In this document: positions 60,248 through 64,000 of the stretch, piece by piece
Numbering within the stretch: the stretch's first letter is position 1
Layout of the letters: the number at the start of each line of letters is the position of its first letter
NCBI GenBank assembly: GCA_035063585.1
Contig: JAPSGB010000012.1
Location: 77,235-141,234 of the forward strand
Direction of reading: 5' to 3'
From: Polyangiaceae bacterium
GTDB taxonomy: Bacteria; Myxococcota_A; Polyangia; Polyangiales; Polyangiaceae
DNA length: 64,000 nt
Notes under the pieces: generated by a model
Database searches by the model: none
Seen by the model: only the letters and a program-made list of their open reading frames with translations
What the model was told of the DNA's origin: nothing
Made by a program: the position numbers and the translations under genes

Positions 60248-61221
60248 ACGCGCTCCGCGTGGCGGTGGTTGCCGGCGGGCCGTCGAGCGAGGCGGCCGTG
60301 AGCCGCGCCTCGGCGGCGGGGGTCGAGCGCGCGCTCGAGGCGGCCGGGCACCGGCCGACGCGACTCGAGCTCGGGCCGGGCGCGGCGGCCGCGCTCACCG
60401 CCGGCGAGTTTGACGTGGTGTTTCCGGTCGCCCACGGTCCGCTCGGCGAGGACGGCTGCCTGCAGGGGCTGCTCGAGGTGCTCGGCCTGCCGTACGTCGG
60501 CTCCGGCGTGCTCGCGAGCGCGCTCGCGGCGAGCAAGCCCGCGGCGAAGGCCATGTTCCGCCGCGCCGGGCTGCCGGTTGCGGAGGAGGTGCTGGTGCGG
60601 CGCGGCGACGACGCGGCTCGCGCCGCGGCGGGCCTCCGCGCGCGGCTCGGGCGCGCGGTCTTCATCAAGCCGGCGAACGGCGGCTCGGCGATCGGCGTCG
60701 CCCGCGTGCTCGCCGCGGACGACGACGCGGTCGCGGTCGCGGCGCTCGCCGCCGCCCACGCGGTCGACGAGCTCGCGCTCGCCGAGCCGCTCTTGGTCGG
60801 CGCGGAGGTGACCTGCGGCGTGCTGGAGGACGAGCGCGGCGCGCCCCGCGCGCTCCCGCCCACGCTGATCCGGAGTCAGGCGGGAGACTGGTACGATTTC
60901 AAGAGCAAGTACGCCGCGGGCGGCAGCCTGCACGAGTGCCCGGCGCCGCTCCCGCTGGAGCTCTTCGCGCGGGTCCAGGAGCTTGCCGTTGGCGCGCATC
61001 GCGCCGTCGGCGCGCGCGACCTCTCGCGGGTCGATTTCGTGGTCGGCGACGACGTGACGCTGCTCGAGATCAACACGCTGCCCGGGATGACCGCCACCAG
61101 CCTCTTCCCCGAGGCGGCAGCGGCGGCAGGGCTCCCGTTCCCGGAGCTCTGCGAGCGGTTGGTCCGCGCCGCGCTCGCGCGGCCGGCGCGCTTCACGCCC
61201 GCCGAGCAGGCGATGCCCTGA
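60244..61221 (+). CDS. ddl: D-alanine--D-alanine ligase
   Basis: GGPSSEAAVS, HGPLGEDG.LQGLLE, KPANGGSAIG, YDFKSKY, RVDF, EINTLPGMT.TSLFP. Confidence 0.95.
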   Translation: MNALRVAVVAGGPSSEAAVSRASAAGVERALEAAGHRPTRLELGPGAAAALTAGEFDVVFPVAHGPLGEDGCLQGLLEVLGLPYVGSGVLASALAASKPAAKAMFRRAGLPVAEEVLVRRGDDAARAAAGLRARLGRAVFIKPANGGSAIGVARVLAADDDAVAVAALAAAHAVDELALAEPLLVGAEVTCGVLEDERGAPRALPPTLIRSQAGDWYDFKSKYAAGGSLHECPAPLPLELFARVQELAVGAHRAVGARDLSRVDFVVGDDVTLLEINTLPGMTATSLFPEAAAAAGLPFPELCERLVRAALARPARFTPAEQAMP

Positions 61222-61231
61222 GTCGGGCGCG

Positions 61232-61741
61232 TCAGCCCGCGCTCTCGTCGGTGCCCGGCGCGGCCGGGCCTGCCGCGTCGAGGCCGCGCCGGCGCGCGCG
61301 GAGCCGAGCGAGGAGGGCCTCGCGATCGGCCGGCGCCGGGAGCGGGCGCGCGTGGATCCCGCTCGCGTCGCGGGCGGAGTCCGGCGCGCTGGCCGCGGGC
61401 GGCATCGACGCGCTCACCGCGACGCTCTGGTCGCCTCCGCGCGCGGCGACCGCCCGTTCGACGAACGCCTTGGTCGCCGCGCCGAAGCGCCGGAAGCGGA
61501 CCCGCAACCCACCGGGACGATCGTTCTCCGGCGCCACGACGCCGAGCACCCGGCCCTCGGCGACGACCAGCTTGGTGCCGTCGGAGAGCGAGACGTCGAA
61601 GCGCACGACGGTGTCCGCTGGCAGCGCGCCCTCACCGATGAGCACCATGCCCTTCGGGCTGAACGCCCACGCCTCGGCTTCGATGAGCTCGGCCTCGCTC
61701 GCGTACGGCCGGACCACATGCAGCGTCACGCCGTCCGACAC
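61232..61741 (-). CDS. hypothetical protein, PilZ-like beta-barrel (myxobacterial type)
   Basis: FSPKGMVL...VRFDVSL.DG...AEGRV...GLRVRF resembles PilZ-type strands; no clear RxxxR. Confidence 0.55.
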   Translation of the reverse strand: MSDGVTLHVVRPYASEAELIEAEAWAFSPKGMVLIGEGALPADTVVRFDVSLSDGTKLVVAEGRVLGVVAPENDRPGGLRVRFRRFGAATKAFVERAVAARGGDQSVAVSASMPPAASAPDSARDASGIHARPLPAPADREALLARLRARRRGLDAAGPAAPGTDESAG

Positions 61742-61806
61742 GCCGCCCAGCGTACCTCGCTTCTCGCCGGCCGCGCAATAGCGTCACCGGCCGCCGGCGT
61801 ATCTTC

Positions 61807-62703
61807 TTACGTACCGCATCCCGTCCACGTCATGGTGATCGAGTCGCAGAGATAGTCGTCCGGGTTGCTGCCGTTATGACCGTTTCCCACCGTGAACTCC
61901 TGGCTCACGCATCCGGGAGCTCGCGGCGTGAACTCGAGCGAAATGGTGATGGTCGTATCGACCGGTACGTACAAGTCGGCGGGCGACGCGGCGATCACCT
62001 TGAACACCGCCTCGTCCCCCGAGGTCTGCTCCGGTCGGAAATAACCCCCCGGCGCCGTGCCAGTCGCTGACACCGAAATCGTCATTGATTTCGTGGTCGA
62101 GACCGGCACCTGCCCGAAGTCGACCGTGGCCGGCGCCTGGATGCTCACGCCGCGAACGGAGACGGGGATGTTCACCTCGAGGTTCGCGTGATCCGGGTCG
62201 TTCGTCGTGAACCGATGAAGCTCGTCTCCGGTCCAGCTCAGCGGGTGTTTGAAGTTGTTCCAAACGAACTGCGTGCCGATGAACGCCTCGGTCGCCCCCG
62301 GCTCTACCGTGACCGATGGGAACACGATGGGCTGGGGAGAGCCCTCCTCGTACCGTGGATCGCGGTCGATCGTCACGGCGACGTCGCCGTCGTTGCGTAC
62401 CGTGAAGCTCGGTCCGGTCGTCGCATGGAAGTTCGAGCAGTCGGCCACGAACGGCTGCACCTCGCCGACGACCGGATCGGTGTGACCTTGGACGCACGCG
62501 ACGTGGCCGATGCACTCGGAGCACGTGCATGGCTCCCCCTGCCAAGCGTCGCAGATGCCGTCGTCGACACACACGGCCCCGCCGCCCGTCCGCTGGCCCG
62601 GTGCGGCCGCGCCGTCGCTCGAGCAACCGGCGCTGACGAGCGCCGCGAGGAGGAGGAGCAGGTGGCAAACGCGCGCGACGGGGATCCCGTTCGAGAGACG
62701 CAT
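61807..62703 (-). CDS. lipoprotein with Cys knot and tandem Ig-like (ASH/choice-of-anchor-D-like) domains
   Basis: Lipobox VSAGC; CVDDGICD...CTCSEC; FTVRNDG, TNDPD, VDFGQV, LEFTP. Confidence 0.68.
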   Translation of the reverse strand: MRLSNGIPVARVCHLLLLLAALVSAGCSSDGAAAPGQRTGGGAVCVDDGICDAWQGEPCTCSECIGHVACVQGHTDPVVGEVQPFVADCSNFHATTGPSFTVRNDGDVAVTIDRDPRYEEGSPQPIVFPSVTVEPGATEAFIGTQFVWNNFKHPLSWTGDELHRFTTNDPDHANLEVNIPVSVRGVSIQAPATVDFGQVPVSTTKSMTISVSATGTAPGGYFRPEQTSGDEAVFKVIAASPADLYVPVDTTITISLEFTPRAPGCVSQEFTVGNGHNGSNPDDYLCDSITMTWTGCGT

Positions 62704-62769
62704 GGTACCCTCGTCGTACGGTCTTCGCCCGGCGAGGCTTCCCTCGTCGCTTCGCCGGGATTGCACAAC

Positions 62770-63117
62770 GGACCCGTGCCGCCGCCGGTCGAGCAGGCGG
62801 ACGATGGCGGCGGCGCGCCGTGCGCCGCGAAGCGGGACCAGCCGCCCACGCACCGCTCGGGGTATCGTCCATGGCGCGAGCTCCCGAGGCGGACCTTCGA
62901 GATCGATGTCGAGCACTGCGACCGCTCGGGCGCACGCTCGAAGCTGCGCGCGCTCGTCATCACCAGCGCCGGCATCGAGCGCTCCTCGAAGTGGCTCGGC
63001 GAGCCGACCGAGCCGCCGCAGCTCGCGCCCCCGCGCGGCGCGCGCTGCTTCAAGAGCCGCGTCATCGGCCGACGGCTCGGCGAGGCCGAGCAGACGGCGC
63101 GGTTCGACGCCGATTGA
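62770..63117 (+). pseudogene. C-terminal relic of an IS91/ISCR-like transposase
   Basis: YRPWRELPRRTFEIDVEHCDRSGARSKLRALVI...IER...WLG.PTEPP.LAP.RG matches the recalled W-x-x-LL-x-R-x-F-x-ID...CxxCG...LG.P..PP tail of IS91-family Tnp; no N-terminal part; boundaries approximate. Confidence 0.65.
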
Positions 63118-63656
63118 ACGCGCGCTAGAAACGGCCCGCGTGCGTCCGGGCGAGGCGCTCCCGCCCGCAAGCCGACTCGCGCGCCGCTCGCGCTCCGGGC
63201 CATGCGCTCTCCATCGAGCCCGCGCGCGCCGGCGACGCCGTCCGACGAGACCGCCTACGCGACCGGCGGCCATGGCCAGGGCCGTTACGAGGGCGTTCAT
63301 CCAGCCTACACGCCGCGCGCACGCCGCCGACGGCGCCCGTCGAGGCCACCTACGCGAAGCGCAGCCCAGAGTGCGTCTCTAGCTTCTAGCTTGTCTTGCC
63401 CGCTGAGAACCCGATCAGATAGACGCCGCCGCCGGCGCTGTTCCTGATCACCAGGTAGCTCTCGACGGCGAGGAGATCCGTGCCGTCGGCGCCTGAATCA
63501 GTCGCTCGTGAGAACATCACCGGAGCTCTGGAGGTGGGGGCTGGTCCGACGCGAACGCCGCGCGGCACGCCTTCACGGGCTGGCGCCGGAGCGGCGCGGA
63601 CGCCAGCACCGATCGCGCGCCGCGCCGGAGAACAGGCTTGGCTCGTCAACCTTGGG

Positions 63657-64000
63657 TCACCAGGCGGCGGGGCCGGCACAGCAGCGAAACCCTACATCAG
63701 GTTCGACGTTCCTCAGGGCCGTTGATGCGACGAAGCCCTTGCATTCCCTGGCGGGCGACTCGCCCGAAGGGCTTCCACTGAGCAGGCAGAGCCATCCCAC
63801 CTCGTCCTGGTCATAGCAGACGCCCTGCCACTCGGTGACGCTGCCGCTCAGGTCGTAGACTTGGTCGAAGGGCGGCACCGTCCCATGACACGACCGGCTC
63901 GCGGTGTCCGTGACGTCCATCGCGGTTCGACCGTGAGCCTCGAGCCAGGCCGCGTCGATGCAGACGCCGGGCTCGTACGTGTCGCCGTACGGATAGGTCG
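63657..64000 (-). CDS. FGE-sulfatase (SUMF1) domain protein, C-terminal part; runs off the right edge
   Basis: Extending the ORF upstream gives YPYGDTY; also VYDLSGSVTEW and VGFRCC. Confidence 0.8.
   Translation of the reverse strand, partial: TYPYGDTYEPGVCIDAAWLEAHGRTAMDVTDTASRSCHGTVPPFDQVYDLSGSVTEWQGVCYDQDEVGWLCLLSGSPSGESPARECKGFVASTALRNVEPDVGFRCCAGPAAW

Noticed and set aside
63386..63517. Small minus-strand ORF MFSRATDSG...GKTS
   Set aside because: 43 aa with no recognisable motif; may be a gene fragment but unsupported.

Overview
Very GC-rich bacterial chromosome segment. The gene repertoire (Cys-rich lipoproteins, TPR/PEGA proteins, eukaryote-like Ser/Thr kinase, DUF4388-DnaJ, PilZ-like protein) points to a myxobacterium, probably Polyangiaceae/Sorangiineae-like; this is inference. 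Most of the window is core metabolism: msrA, a copZ-csoR-copA copper operon, an orphan aceE, mutY, a partial complex I cluster nuoABCD-G-H-I, gatB, mtnA, lipA, an E1a/E1b/E2 2-oxoacid dehydrogenase, prs-rplY-pth-rpsF-rpsR-rplI-dnaB, obgE, a ChdC-like gene, hisZ-purA, dCMP deaminase and ddl. Most notable: (1) a 592-aa NuoH with a ~140-aa, four-helix insertion inside the conserved quinone-site loop, in a cluster lacking nuoEF and nuoJ-N; (2) two paralogous lipoproteins built from 10 and 8 copies of a ~56-aa 8-Cys repeat, flanking a TPR-PEGA gene; (3) two TPR-PEGA proteins with a shared C-terminal membrane module, one directly upstream of a membrane Ser/Thr kinase (candidate trans-envelope signalling system); (4) a TAnnnT box 5-9 nt before the start codon of at least 11 genes (leaderless-mRNA signature); (5) a Thermus-like copper operon with a perfect 20-bp operator; (6) an S6:S18 leader RNA; (7) a duplicated 62-bp GAA-hairpin element and an IS91-like relic near the right end. 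No rRNA, tRNA or CRISPR array was seen. All calls come from motif reading; no database searches were run.
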